Positions 33,245 to 46,519 of a stretch of 64,000 bases of DNA are shown here, piece by piece. The notes beneath the pieces are model-generated. The model made no database searches and was not told the DNA's origin. It saw only the letters and a program-made list of their open reading frames with translations. The DNA is taken from NCBI GenBank assembly GCA_963555755.3, contig OY820905.2, positions 1,024,001-1,088,000 on the forward strand, given 5' to 3'. Numbering within the stretch: position 1 is the first letter of the stretch; each line of letters starts with the position of its first letter. This stretch comes from Nitrospirales bacterium (GTDB taxonomy: Bacteria; Nitrospirota; Nitrospiria; Nitrospirales; UBA8639). The translations under genes and the position numbers were made by a program.

Positions 33245-33606
33245 AGCTCTCCTCTATATTGAAGATGAAACTCAGCTTACCGTCTGTACGTATGTTTCTT
33301 GTGACTTACGGAAGGGTAAGTAGTTCTGTGGATAACGAATAAAGCAGGTACTGGTATGGAATAATTAACAACGAACCTGACCAGAACTCCGGGTCTTTGT
33401 CAAGGACACAGAAAAGAAGAAAATGGGATCACCCCTTACCTTCAACATTCTACATGTCCACTATTCGTTGTGGAGTTAACTCGTTGTCCAGAACCAAAGG
33501 ACTGGACATATTCCTCCAGACAATACCTCTGTGGAAAGTATCCCCGGAGCCTTTCTCACCGGCAAAAAATTTCTCTGCTTTCCTTTCACGTCAATAAATC
33601 CTTCAT

Positions 33607-34059
33607 TTAGGTATTATGGCCTTGGGAGAAAAAAAGCCCTCGATTCACATCTCCCATACTAATCATTCCCACTAATTTGCCGTTTTCTTCGACAGGAATT
33701 CGGCGAAAGTGTTTCAGGCCCATATAGGATGCCGCTTGGAGGATGGGATCGTGTGGAGCAACCGTCAAGGGATTCTTGGTCATAATATCACCAACAGGTT
33801 TCTTCATGACATCCGGATATCCCTCTTCCATTTCTTCGAAGTCTCGACTATGAACATTGTCGTGAATGTAATCCCCGTAATTAGGATATAATGGGATCAT
33901 GACGTCCCGAACAGCCACTAAGCCCAGCAGTTTACCTTCATCATCAACGACGGGAATCGCCCCACAATGTCGGCTCAGCATTTTGCCTACCACCGAACGT
34001 ACCGTGTCTGTAGCTTTAGCGGTAACGACACCCGTAGACATAACATCTCCTACAATCAT
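33607..34059 (-). CDS. CBS-domain pair protein
   Basis: VGDVMS...IPVVDDEGKLLG; VGDIMT...IPVEENGKLVG. Confidence 0.9.
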   Translation of the reverse strand: MIVGDVMSTGVVTAKATDTVRSVVGKMLSRHCGAIPVVDDEGKLLGLVAVRDVMIPLYPNYGDYIHDNVHSRDFEEMEEGYPDVMKKPVGDIMTKNPLTVAPHDPILQAASYMGLKHFRRIPVEENGKLVGMISMGDVNRGLFFSQGHNT

Positions 34060-34232
34060 ACCTTTCTCCTCTTCACTCCGCTCCCCATGGAACTAGTCAT
34101 GTAATATGAAACCCATAAGGCCGCAAGAATAACAAGACCCTCTGACCAGAGCAACAGGCTCTATTGACTTTCATGAAACCAAACTAGGAATGGGGGATGC
34201 GGCCAGCAGGCCACCACTACCGACGGGATGAC

Positions 34233-34587
34233 GGATCAATCCCAATTTTGGTGGAGTAAGGCGAAACCCTCTTACACTCCGCCCGTATCACCCCTCGTCC
34301 ATTGTCATTTTGACCCTTGGGAGAACTCTCCCCCATTCCCGCCCGGGTCACGTTCTTTCGGGCCAAGCGATTTCTCCTTGCACTCGAAATGACAGAAAGA
34401 AGCCTTCTAGTTGTTCATCCAACCAGACTTGCTCCTTACCACTTCCGCCTCTTGTCATTTCGACCCTTGGGAGAAATCTCGCCATTCCTGCCACGCCTGA
34501 GCAGGCTGTTCACCCCTCAACACGGTCCCCATGACCTGCGGCGGGCCATGGAATAGGTCCCAATTCCACCAAAATGGCAACGGGTCC
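34233..34587. mobile_element. 355-bp MITE (GGATCAAT family)
   Basis: TSD GGGATGAC. Confidence 0.92.
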
Positions 34588-34603
34588 GGGATGACTAAAA
34601 AAC

Positions 34604-34931
34604 GGGTCATACAGAATTAATGGTTCTAGCATTTGAAATCTTGGGGGAAGGGGCCTAAGCCGCAGAATATCTGCCAGGGTGAACCGCACAGATGTCCCTT
34701 CGCCAAGTGAAGAGATCCCCCTCTTTGAAAAAGAGGGGTGAGGGGAGATTTCTCTCGTGCACCTCAGGCTAGGCAGACGGTGTGACGTCACCCGGCCCGC
34801 CTCAAATCCCCCCTACCCCCCTTTGCAAAAGGGGGCAGAAAAGGACCAACGGTTCCACCAACATGGGATTGATACCATTGTGGTCAGGATTGTGAATCGG
34901 TATGGGTAGAACCATGTATTCCGTATGATCC
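34604..34931. mobile_element. 328-bp MITE (GGATCATAC family), inverted relative to 11491
   Basis: TSD TAAAAAAC, directly abutting the previous MITE's TSD. Confidence 0.9.
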
Positions 34932-35050
34932 TAAAAAACGTATACTTACCTCAGGCTTGTTCCATTAGCGCCACACCGTTCCAATTTGTGCCGGAAAGAT
35001 CACGTCTCAGTTTCTACCAAGCCACAGAGTCAAAAAGTCAGTGGTCCCTT

Positions 35051-36868
35051 TTAAAAAGGCAACTTGAAACCGCCAGGGAGTGTGTCAGGTAGTCCTTTGG
35101 GTAACCCTTTTTGGGGAAGCCCTTGTTTAAGCAGACCGTTGAGGAGGTTATCTTCTTTTCCCAAACGGCTCGTGAGATCGCCGCCGATGGAGTCCAGCCC
35201 ACTAAAAGAACCGGTGAGACTTTTGAGGGGTTCAGCCACCCTTGCAGAAATGGCGGACTGCAGATCCTTGCCAAAACTGGCGGCGAGGTTCTTCACCATT
35301 TTGCCCGCCGCGTCTTTCAATACGCGATCGAGCTCTGAACGAATCTGCACATCATACTGCTGAAGTGTTCCCGTCACGTCGGCTTGCACCGAAAGGGTTG
35401 AAATATCGGAGACCGCTCCACTTAATGCTTTGGTTAACGGGTTGGCATCGTCAGGCTTCCCTGCCGAAACTTGGAGTGATGACAACTCGGTATTCCCGGT
35501 AGCCGTAATCGCTTGGCCGCGCAGTTCCGCATTCACCGTCACATCAGCAAATCCATTCTCTACCGTCACTGGCCAATCGGGTTGTGTGGATAGGGCCACC
35601 GGCCGTACTCGATACCTATTCGCGCGGAATTTCATGGTGTCTGTGGGATGAGCCGAGTCACGATGATCCAGTACTCCCTCAATGGTCACACCCTGAAGAC
35701 CTTTCAACTGCTCTCCGGCAAAAGCATAAGTAAGCGGCCTGCCAAGGGTAGCTGGATCCGGGGTGATATTCTCGATCGTGCCCCTCAGTTCACCGATGTC
35801 CAAGAGCAACGATATCTTGGCTAAGCGAATTAAAAACTCAGGTAAAGGTTCATGTTCTTGAAAGTGAATGTCCTGGCCCTCGCCCCGTGTCGGACCGGCT
35901 TTTTCACTAGTCGAACCATGGCCAGCCTCCATCCCTTCAAGATACGGCTCGAGCATGTCATACCAACCAGCAGCCTCCTTAAGTTTCGCGCCGATGTGTT
36001 TTCCCAATAAGGTTTGGCCAAGGTTGGCCAGCCCTTTTGGAGATAGACTATATTTCTCTTTCAGCCGTTGCACATCACGCTGTGGGGCGGTCTGGATTTG
36101 GACGAAACGCTGATTGAGCAACGCGACCTTTTCGCCGAACTCTTTCCGAGCCATTTTCAGGTTGGCCAGGTCTTGTTCGATGTCTTTCTTGATGGTGTTG
36201 AGCTCATCCACGCCACCAAGAATGCCACCAATCCCTCCTTTGGTGGAATTCTTCAAGCCCTCAATGCGTTTCTGATATTTGGCGAATTCCGCTTTACCTG
36301 GCAGAGTCTCCAGTCGTTGTTTCCACACCTCGCGTTCCCGCTGAATATCGGTCTGAATGGCTCGAATGAGTTTCAACGTTTCCAGGTCTTCCTGCTCCAA
36401 GATCCGTTGAACATTCGGCACTTCAAGAGGAGGCAAGGTAAACGTCGAATCATCTTGCGATGTACCAGGGGTACCACCCCGCGCTCGATCATCAATCGCC
36501 CCTGATGTCGATCGAGCAGTCCCAAACTGCACTCCGTCTACCTGCATCTCATCAATAATGACTTTACGCCCCAGCAACTGTAACCCATCTAGATTCATGG
36601 TCAGGCGCGCGATTTCGACCGAGTTCGTCATAGGCTCATCGGGATTCGTGACTTGAAGACGCGTCAGCGTCAAGCCAGTAGGGAACAACGTCAAATCGGC
36701 AGCCTCGAGTTCCACTTTCGCGCCAACCGCGGCAGTTCCCTCCTCTTCAATCTTGGCTTTCACCAACCCATCCACGACCAACAGCCACAACAAGGCAAGG
36801 CCAGCAACGAGAACGAGGAAAACGCCTAATCCCCACCAGCGAATCAACCCTGTTTTCGGCTGGGTCAT
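35051..36868 (-). CDS. TIGR03545-family protein
   Basis: IRWWGL membrane anchor, VGAKVE, coiled coil, RGxDIHF; paired with a TIGR03546 gene. Confidence 0.85.
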   Translation of the reverse strand: MTQPKTGLIRWWGLGVFLVLVAGLALLWLLVVDGLVKAKIEEEGTAAVGAKVELEAADLTLFPTGLTLTRLQVTNPDEPMTNSVEIARLTMNLDGLQLLGRKVIIDEMQVDGVQFGTARSTSGAIDDRARGGTPGTSQDDSTFTLPPLEVPNVQRILEQEDLETLKLIRAIQTDIQREREVWKQRLETLPGKAEFAKYQKRIEGLKNSTKGGIGGILGGVDELNTIKKDIEQDLANLKMARKEFGEKVALLNQRFVQIQTAPQRDVQRLKEKYSLSPKGLANLGQTLLGKHIGAKLKEAAGWYDMLEPYLEGMEAGHGSTSEKAGPTRGEGQDIHFQEHEPLPEFLIRLAKISLLLDIGELRGTIENITPDPATLGRPLTYAFAGEQLKGLQGVTIEGVLDHRDSAHPTDTMKFRANRYRVRPVALSTQPDWPVTVENGFADVTVNAELRGQAITATGNTELSSLQVSAGKPDDANPLTKALSGAVSDISTLSVQADVTGTLQQYDVQIRSELDRVLKDAAGKMVKNLAASFGKDLQSAISARVAEPLKSLTGSFSGLDSIGGDLTSRLGKEDNLLNGLLKQGLPQKGLPKGLPDTLPGGFKLPF

Positions 36869-37386
36869 CCGCCACCTCCAAAGTGTGGAAGAGATTGGTA
36901 GAGGTGGTACACCTTGCTGGCTTTGAAGAATTGCATCAGCCGGGTCTTTTCGATCCAGGCCAACACATGCTCACGGTAGCGCAGAATCAAACCGTTGGAG
37001 AGGAAATACAGTGGAACGAAGAACGCCAACGAAAAGACCACGCTTCCCATAACGATGGTATTATTGAAACGAGCAAACCGCCAAAGCGTGGAGTTATACA
37101 GCGAGGTCCACAGTCCTTCGAGTGCAGGGGCCGTGAGAATTTGAACCCCATTCCAATGGAACACCGGGTCCAGGAGATACGCCATCCCAGAGAACACCAC
37201 TAGTCCCAGCAGAAAAGCCGAAAGGTTCACGCGAAGGATCAAAATGAGCAGGAGCACGACCAGGTTATGCAGACCGACCAACGGAGTCAGCCCCGCAACC
37301 ATGGCAAAGCAAAAGCCCAGTGAAATCTGGCCAGGATTCGTTTCAGAGTTCAGAACTCTGAGCAATCGTGCAATTAAGCGAAGCAT
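36865..37386 (-). CDS. TIGR03546-family membrane protein
   Basis: LNSETNPGQI, RFNNTIVMGS. Confidence 0.9.
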   Translation of the reverse strand: MLRLIARLLRVLNSETNPGQISLGFCFAMVAGLTPLVGLHNLVVLLLILILRVNLSAFLLGLVVFSGMAYLLDPVFHWNGVQILTAPALEGLWTSLYNSTLWRFARFNNTIVMGSVVFSLAFFVPLYFLSNGLILRYREHVLAWIEKTRLMQFFKASKVYHLYQSLPHFGGGG

Positions 37387-37529
37387 AACCTGCCTAATGT
37401 AGAGAGGATATGAGGAGGAATCTGACTATAAACAGCCAAGCCAAAATGTCAAGGTGAGTTATCGTTCGAACATAAGGGACTGGTGAATCTCGTTATTCCC
37501 CGGTGCTTTGCGACGGGGTTACCATTGCG

Positions 37530-37920
37530 GTCCCCCCTTTGGAAAAGGGGGTTAGGGGGATTTTCAAATAATACAGTTTCCTCAAAATTCCCCGTTGCTT
37601 GCTTCGGGGTGACCTAATGAGGTCCCCCCTTTGGAAAAGGGGGATAGGGGGATTTTCCAATTATTTAATCCTCTAAATACCCCGTAGTCTTGCTGCAGGG
37701 ATCTTTATTTAATCGATTCTTCCAAGTTTTCCGTCGGTAAACCCTGTATCACTGATTTGGTTTGCCAGAGAGAGCCAATTAGTAATTCCTCCCCTTTGTA
37801 AGGGGAGGCAAGGTGGGGTAGAATCCCCGACGTATCGGGTAAGATTGAAGTTTTCATTCACCACTCCCCTACAAAGAGGCTACCTCCCCTCCGTCCCTCC
37901 TTACGAAGGTGGGGGACTCA
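37530..37920. repeat. Cluster of CCCCCTT-N-AAGGGGG hairpin repeats (also at ~6045-6095, 11421-11458, 11870-11906 and inside MITEs)
   Basis: Repeated CCCCCTTTGGAAAAGGGGG.TAGGGGGATT units. Confidence 0.75.
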
Positions 37921-37975
37921 AGGACGATCAGCCAAGATTTTTACCCATGCTCATGTCGGAAGAGCCAATTTTTCC

Positions 37976-39553
37976 ATGAACACAGCTAAGCAACAAAGCT
38001 GGCGGCAGTCATTACGGGCCTTCGCACACCCTCGGGTGATCACCATGTTGTTTCTCGGCTTCTCCGCCGGAATTCCCCTTCTGTTAATTTTTTCATCTTT
38101 GTCCCTGTGGTTGCGTGAAGCGGGAGTCGAACGAGCAGCCGTCACTTTTTTCAGTTGGGCCGCGCTGGGCTATTCCTTCAAGTTCGTGTGGGCGCCGCTC
38201 GTCGATAGATTGCCCATCCCCTTCTTGACACAAAAGCTAGGGCGGCGACGTGGATGGATGCTTCTGGCCCAATGCTCCATCATTGCGGCCATTGCTAGCA
38301 TGGCCCTCATTGATCCCGCCAGTGGACAAAACAGCCTCACGCTAATGGCCATAGCTGCCGTGCTGCTTGGATTTTCTTCCGCCACCCAGGATATCGTGAT
38401 TGATGCCTACCGGATCGAATCGGCAGAAAGATCGCTCCAGGCCATGATGTCATCCACCTATATCGCGGGCTACCGCATCGCAATGCTGGTCGCGGGGGCA
38501 GGCGCCCTGTTTCTGGCCAGTGCATTCGGGTCCGTCAAAGGCGCCTATAGCTATCAGGCCTGGCAAGGGGCCTATTTCATCATAGCCAGTGCCATGCTGG
38601 TGGGCGTGATCACAACACTCGTCATTCCAGAACCAACCACCAATCGAACAAGTATGGCCTCTTATTCGCCCAAGGAATATGCAAGATTCTTATTCATGTT
38701 TGTCGCCGCGGCCACCGCCTTTATCTTGACCTTTTACTATTCAGCCGAGCTGTCGGATCACATCACCAAAGAATTCACAGACGTGGTTGGCACCAAACAG
38801 TTAGCGGGTTTTGTCGTAGAAACAGCAAGGCTGATCACAGGGGTCTTCGTGGCATGGCTTGTCGCAACTCTCATTATTCGAGCGGGTGTCGTAAGTCGGA
38901 GCATGATGCAGGAAACGTACATCGCCCCAGTGAAAGATTTCTTTGGACGCTATGGGAAAAAGTCAGCCATCCTGCTTTTGGTGCTGATTGGGGTGTACCG
39001 CATTTCCGATATCGTGCTGGGTGTGATTGCCAATGTGTTTTACCAGGATATGGGATTCACCAAAGTCGAGATTGCCAGTGTGGTGCAAACATTTGGATTG
39101 TTCATGACCATCGCCGGCGGCTTTTTGGGAGGCATTCTTTCCGTACAATACGGCGTGATCCGCATACTGTTCGTAGGCGCCCTACTATCGGCAGCGACAA
39201 ACCTGCTATTTATGGTGCTAGCCTCAATAGGACATGATCTCAGCATGCTCTACCTGGTGATATCAGTCGACAACCTTTCGGCAGGATTAGCCAGTGCCGC
39301 CTTTGTCGCGTTCCTCTCCAGCCTCACGAATATCCAGTTTACCGCCATGCAATATGCCATCTTCAGCTCGCTCATGACCTTATTCCCAAAAATCCTGGGG
39401 GGCTACTCGGGAACCATCGTAGACAGCATCGGCTATTCAAGTTTCTTCATCATGACGGCGTTATTAGGCATTCCGGTACTCTTCCTCGTGTGGCGTGCCG
39501 GAGGTTTTGTAGAAATCCAGCAATCCGCCAAAGCCCTCAAAGAATTAAAATAG
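37976..39553 (+). CDS. ampG: AmpG-family muropeptide MFS permease
   Basis: LGFSAGIPL, KFVWAPLVD, SATQDIVIDAYRIE, TAMQYAIFSS. Confidence 0.93.
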   Translation: MNTAKQQSWRQSLRAFAHPRVITMLFLGFSAGIPLLLIFSSLSLWLREAGVERAAVTFFSWAALGYSFKFVWAPLVDRLPIPFLTQKLGRRRGWMLLAQCSIIAAIASMALIDPASGQNSLTLMAIAAVLLGFSSATQDIVIDAYRIESAERSLQAMMSSTYIAGYRIAMLVAGAGALFLASAFGSVKGAYSYQAWQGAYFIIASAMLVGVITTLVIPEPTTNRTSMASYSPKEYARFLFMFVAAATAFILTFYYSAELSDHITKEFTDVVGTKQLAGFVVETARLITGVFVAWLVATLIIRAGVVSRSMMQETYIAPVKDFFGRYGKKSAILLLVLIGVYRISDIVLGVIANVFYQDMGFTKVEIASVVQTFGLFMTIAGGFLGGILSVQYGVIRILFVGALLSAATNLLFMVLASIGHDLSMLYLVISVDNLSAGLASAAFVAFLSSLTNIQFTAMQYAIFSSLMTLFPKILGGYSGTIVDSIGYSSFFIMTALLGIPVLFLVWRAGGFVEIQQSAKALKELK

Positions 39554-39880
39554 AGCCGAAATTCCCTCTGTTGATTTGCCGTGTTAGAAATCACCTAATT
39601 TTACGGGGCCACTCACAAATATTCTTCGATCTCTTTTTAAAAAACGTTTCGGTCAGGTATGTGTCTCTACGCCGCCACGGAGCAAGGGTACCAAGGGGCG
39701 AAAAATAAAAAAGTCAATACTCATGCCTGACCCCATTTCTGACCCCAAACGCTAAAACACGCGTACCGGCCCCCATATGACCCCCCTATACTATACTTTT
39801 CCAGAGCCTCACTATTCGGTGTGCGAGATTTTGATATGGCGACAACGTTGATATCCAGATCCCCTCAATGCCGAACCTTC

Positions 39881-39908
39881 TTGACAATAGTATCAATAGT
39901 GATATTAT
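39881..39908 (+). promoter_or_regulatory. Sigma70 promoter with palindromic operator for hicAB
   Basis: TTGACA-N16-TATTAT; AGTATCA-atag-TGATATT dyad between the boxes. Confidence 0.65.
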
Positions 39909-39914
39909 TCTAGG

Positions 39915-40172
39915 GTGGCTCGAATTGAAGATATTGTCGCCTCCATGCGGAGAAATCCGAGCCAAGTTCGGTTCTCTGATCTTTCAAGGGTTTGTGATTT
40001 CTACTTTGGGAAAGCCAGGCACAAGGGAACAAGCCATAGGATTTATAAAACAACGTGGTCGGGCGACCCGAGAGTCAACATCCAAAACTCGAAGGGGAAA
40101 GCGAAGAGATATCAAGTCAAACAAGTTCTCTTGGCAATTGAAAGGATACATTATGAAAGTGCGAAGCAATGA
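39915..40172 (+). CDS. hicA: HicA-like toxin
   Basis: NPSQVRFSDL, GTSHRIYK, KAKRYQVKQV. Confidence 0.85.
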   Translation: MARIEDIVASMRRNPSQVRFSDLSRVCDFYFGKARHKGTSHRIYKTTWSGDPRVNIQNSKGKAKRYQVKQVLLAIERIHYESAKQ

Positions 40173-40485
40173 TCATTATACCTACCGAGTGACTTGGTCG
40201 GAGGATGACCAAGAATTTGTAGGTCTTTGCACAGAATTTCCAAGCCTGAGTTGGCTGGCATCTTCGCAAGAAGCTGCGCTTCGCGGTATTCGGGCGGTAG
40301 TGGCTCAAGTGATCGTTGATATGAAGAAGAATCGTGAATTAATCCCTGAACCGTTGGCCAGCCGCCCATTCAGTGGCAAATTCATGGTCAGAGTCCCTCC
40401 GGAGATTCATCGCCGTCTTGTTGTGGAAGCCGCAGAGTCTGGGGTGAGTCTTAACCGATTAGCGAGTGCAAAGCTTTCTCACTGA
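40153..40485 (+). CDS. hicB: HicB antitoxin
   Basis: YRVTWSEDD.EFVG..EFPSLSW; FSGKFMVRVPPEIHR..SLN. Confidence 0.9.
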   Translation: MKVRSNDHYTYRVTWSEDDQEFVGLCTEFPSLSWLASSQEAALRGIRAVVAQVIVDMKKNRELIPEPLASRPFSGKFMVRVPPEIHRRLVVEAAESGVSLNRLASAKLSH

Positions 40486-40541
40486 AAAGATTCGAATCGA
40501 ATAAGGAGTGCGCACTTGCCTTTTTATGGCTTCGAGAAGCT

Positions 40542-40771
40542 TTATTCATGGGGTTTCTTTCCATGAAGGGCACGGAATATGCGGAGTTGGCCGTAATCAC
40601 AGAGGTCACCGAGAAGTTCTTTGGCGCCGGTTAAATTTCCAAACCCGGTTTGGGCAAAGGCCGCGGCGATTTGAGCCTGTTGGTCAGGGGGTAACAGTCG
40701 ATTGATGCCCACTGGTTCACCGGCTTGGATGGCTTGTTCTAGGTGCCCATAGATGGTGCTGTTCACCAATC
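40542..40771 (-). pseudogene. C-terminal fragment resembling the RecQ-associated HTH domain
   Basis: STIYGHLEQAI...AKELLGD.CDYGQLR; 5' part replaced by an IS remnant. Confidence 0.55.
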
Positions 40772-40894
40772 TGGTCTTGCCCCGGTTTCGTGGACAGGTT
40801 TGTAAAGAGTAAATAAGCTTTTTGAATGGCATGACACACCTCCTGGCGCATTCTCGCGCTTTTCAGATGTGTCCACCAAATCGGGGATAGACCA
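40772..40894. mobile_element. Internally deleted IS3-like mini-element
   Basis: TG...CA ends TGGTCTTGCCCCGGTTTCGTGGACA / GTGTCCACCAAATCGGGGATAGACCA; RBS and ATG remnant inside. Confidence 0.65.
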
Positions 40895-41343
40895 GTTTTT
40901 ATAACAACCACCGGCACCATTCAACACTGGGCTCCTCAGCCCCAATGATGAGTTTGAAGCCCAGGCGAGGGAGGCTGTAAAAACGCGTGGGTGAGAAAAG
41001 GGAGGGATCTTGGATATGGGTCGCGAGGCGATCGTGGCGTGTGGGGCAACCTCGAACGAGAGTATTGCCGGTCACCACAGGGAAATCGGGCCGGCGGCCC
41101 CAAACTAGGAGACACGCTTTACGGAGAGCCAAGCGGACTGAACCCGGTGTCCGTTTTCATTGAACCAATATAAGTGCCCCCTGGTACAAATCGTATCATC
41201 CATGGTGATTTGGTTAAAATCAGCGCAAGGATCTATAGATTTCAACTTTGGGTTGAAGATGGGGGATGGAAGGAGGCGGAATTGCTCCAACCTCCTCCAC
41301 AGAGTCACGCAAACCGGAGGGCACTTTCTTATCCCTTCAAAAA

Positions 41344-41808
41344 TCAGCCACCGATATGCGCTTGCAAAATGCCTGAGTCTTTTATGCTTGGATTATCCGG
41401 GGCGAGGTCCAGGGCCATTTTGAAATGATTCGTAGCCTCACCATGGTTTCCGAGTTTGTCTAGCGTCAACGCGAGATTATAGTGAGCCTCCGCGAGTTTG
41501 GCATTCGCCGCGATGGCCTTTTGAAAATGTTCCTGTGCCGCATCCCAATGGCTTTCTTGATAATGACTGACTCCCTCCTTGTTGTCTCCAGCCCCAGCGG
41601 CATCCTCAGGTGCGAGGAGCGCCACAGGTTCTGTTGCTGGAGCCGCGGTATCCATTTTGGTATCCACTGAAGTTTCTGCAGAGGATTCAGCTTCACTCGT
41701 TGCAGTTGGTTCAGACTTCGATGGTTCTGAAACTTGACCTGAATCGCAGCCACTTATTAACCCAACGATCGATACAACTAGCACTAACGCGAATACTTGC
41801 CGCTTCAT
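41344..41808 (-). CDS. TPR-containing lipoprotein
   Basis: Lipobox ISGC; AEAHYNLA TPR motif. Confidence 0.85.
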   Translation of the reverse strand: MKRQVFALVLVVSIVGLISGCDSGQVSEPSKSEPTATSEAESSAETSVDTKMDTAAPATEPVALLAPEDAAGAGDNKEGVSHYQESHWDAAQEHFQKAIAANAKLAEAHYNLALTLDKLGNHGEATNHFKMALDLAPDNPSIKDSGILQAHIGG

Positions 41809-42111
41809 AAGATTTCTCCTTCTTTGGATGGTGATCGAAAATTCTGGAATTTGGCAGGCCCAGGAATTGTGAATTGTCCGAGATACTCTTCTCGGTGCAA
41901 TGAGCATCCCAGTGGGGATAGTCCTCCATAACGGAGCCCGTCATTATCCCAACCCTGAATTAGTTGTCTTGTCAACCCTAATGAAAAGAAAAATAAGGAA
42001 TGAATGTGAGCGTGCCTGCGTGAAAAGGACTTTAGAGCAAGAAGCTTGTACCTATTCTCCGCGAAACTGTCAAGCCCAAGAAGATAATGGCATTTCACAA
42101 AATTGGGGCCA

Positions 42112-43123
42112 TATGCCTTCCCATTTAACTAAGGTTGCTTCAGTTTATTGAATCCCAAGGGTTTTGAGCTGCTGGTCAGGATTTTCAACAAACTCTGGAA
42201 GGTACTCATTGGAGTCTCACGGCGGTTATAGCGAAAGACAAACTCATCAAGATAGTGTTGCAGGTATTTTGAATCCACTCCATGGTGAATCCCGTTCAGC
42301 CAGGTCTGCAGATTGCCGAACGCTCTATGGATGTGTGGAGCGTGCTTCCCAGCACTTGCTGGGTCACCCTGGGTCCGTCTCAGGTGTTCGTATCCTGCCA
42401 AGGCTTTTGCCGAGTATCCCTTCCAACCATCGGACTTGATCTTACTGCCCTCAGCGACATGGCTATTGAGGAATGCTTTGACCTCGTTCTCTCCAGCGTC
42501 TTGAAGAATCGCTAATCGTAAACGCCCTGCTTTCTCTCGAAAGTGATCCCCTTGTGTGTACGTGACAATTTCTACGGCTCCGGCTATTAACGTCTTGGTT
42601 TTCGCTTTCGCGACGCCACGGCCCGTTTTGCCTTTTACCGGTCCACCGATATGGGTTTCATCGGCTTCAACTGTTCCTGCGAGCCGTTCACGGTTCTGTC
42701 GTACCATTCCTCGTCGCAATCTGTGGAGCAAATACCAGGCGCTATCCACCTTCTTGATACTGAGTTGACGCTGCAATTGCACAGCACTGATGCCAGGTGT
42801 GTGCGTGGAGACGAAATAGGCAGCCCAAAACCAAAGCCGTAGCGGCAAGTGCGATCTATGCATCACTGTGCCGCTTAGCGGTGATGTCTGTCTATGACAC
42901 GACGAACACTCAAACCGGAAATATTTTTTGAGCCACCAACCACCGCGATGACCGCAAGCTGGACACATAAACCCGTCTGGCCACCGAATCGCCCGCAAGT
43001 ACTCGAAGCACGCTTCTTCGGTGTGGAACCTAACAGAAAAATCCAAGATATCAGCAGCATACCCTGTGTCCATAGTCCAGCAGACTAGTCTAGGGACTAA
43101 CCTTAGTCAAATGGGAAGGCATA
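42112..43123 (-). mobile_element. IS1595-family insertion sequence, intact
   Basis: IR TATGCCTTCCCATTT(A/G)ACTAAGGTT; 8-bp TSD TGGGGCCA. Confidence 0.93.
42129..43073 (-). CDS. IS1595-family transposase
   Basis: RWPDGFMCPAC Zn ribbon, VEADETHIGG, SDGW, YLDEFVFRYNRR. Confidence 0.95.
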   Translation of the reverse strand: MDTGYAADILDFSVRFHTEEACFEYLRAIRWPDGFMCPACGHRGGWWLKKYFRFECSSCHRQTSPLSGTVMHRSHLPLRLWFWAAYFVSTHTPGISAVQLQRQLSIKKVDSAWYLLHRLRRGMVRQNRERLAGTVEADETHIGGPVKGKTGRGVAKAKTKTLIAGAVEIVTYTQGDHFREKAGRLRLAILQDAGENEVKAFLNSHVAEGSKIKSDGWKGYSAKALAGYEHLRRTQGDPASAGKHAPHIHRAFGNLQTWLNGIHHGVDSKYLQHYLDEFVFRYNRRETPMSTFQSLLKILTSSSKPLGFNKLKQP

Positions 43124-43279
43124 TGGGGCCATTATCACGAGCACGCGTCCCACGAAGAATGAAGGTCGAGCACGATTTCTTGTGGTGCTTTTTGGGCACC
43201 TGTGGTTTGGAAGTGACAAAAAATGTTATCTGAACTTACTGCACGCACTCATCCCCCAAACCAGCGTTGAAAAAATAAA

Positions 43280-43352
43280 GGGGTCAGACTCGATTAAAGA
43301 GGGAATATTGTGTATGGAGATGCGCAATTTCATTTTAATCGAGTCTGACCCC
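43280..43352. repeat. REP-like inverted pair downstream of secA (single copy also at 27864-27883)
   Basis: GGGGTCAGACTCGATTAAA ... TTTAATCGAGTCTGACCCC. Confidence 0.7.
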
Positions 43353-43427
43353 ATTTTCCACGCTCTTTTTCGGACTGGTTTAAAGAGTGAGGAAACGTTT
43401 CTTGAAAATGGCTGGATTGGCTTTCAC

Positions 43428-46130
<2,703 letters not shown>

Positions 46131-46519
46131 AGAATGTTCACAGGGTTCAGGGGAACATAGGCAACATGTTTCGCGATCGGCTTTCCAAAGTAGTATACCT
46201 GAAAGGATTCTTGAATCAACAGGATAGGGTTGGCGAAAGAATAACTTCTGGAAAAAATTATCAGATGGTGTCGGGGTTGATGAGGTTTGATGAGGGTATG
46301 GGTCCTATGATAGCCTTAAAGATCTCCATTGCGTTCTTGGGTCATTCTGAAACAATTGACGATTTTTCCATCAACAGTTCCTCCTAGATAGACAGGCCTT
46401 GTATCCCGTATGGCCTCCCCAATGACACTGATGCTACATCGCACTCAACCCTTTTGGGCATTCCGTGATCGAAAGCGCCATTCAGTTTTTAGGTTTTTGG
46501 TCTTAAGCCGTCTATAGTT

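Noticed and set aside
14641..34791. Recurrent short ORFs (MMAASAACSHPH..., MGELSPIPARV..., PPFxKGG...)
   Set aside because: Translations of MITE or hairpin repeats with no evidence of coding
39868..40152. 205-aa extended HicB
   Set aside because: The extension overlaps hicA in another frame; the likely start is the ATG at 40153 with an SD
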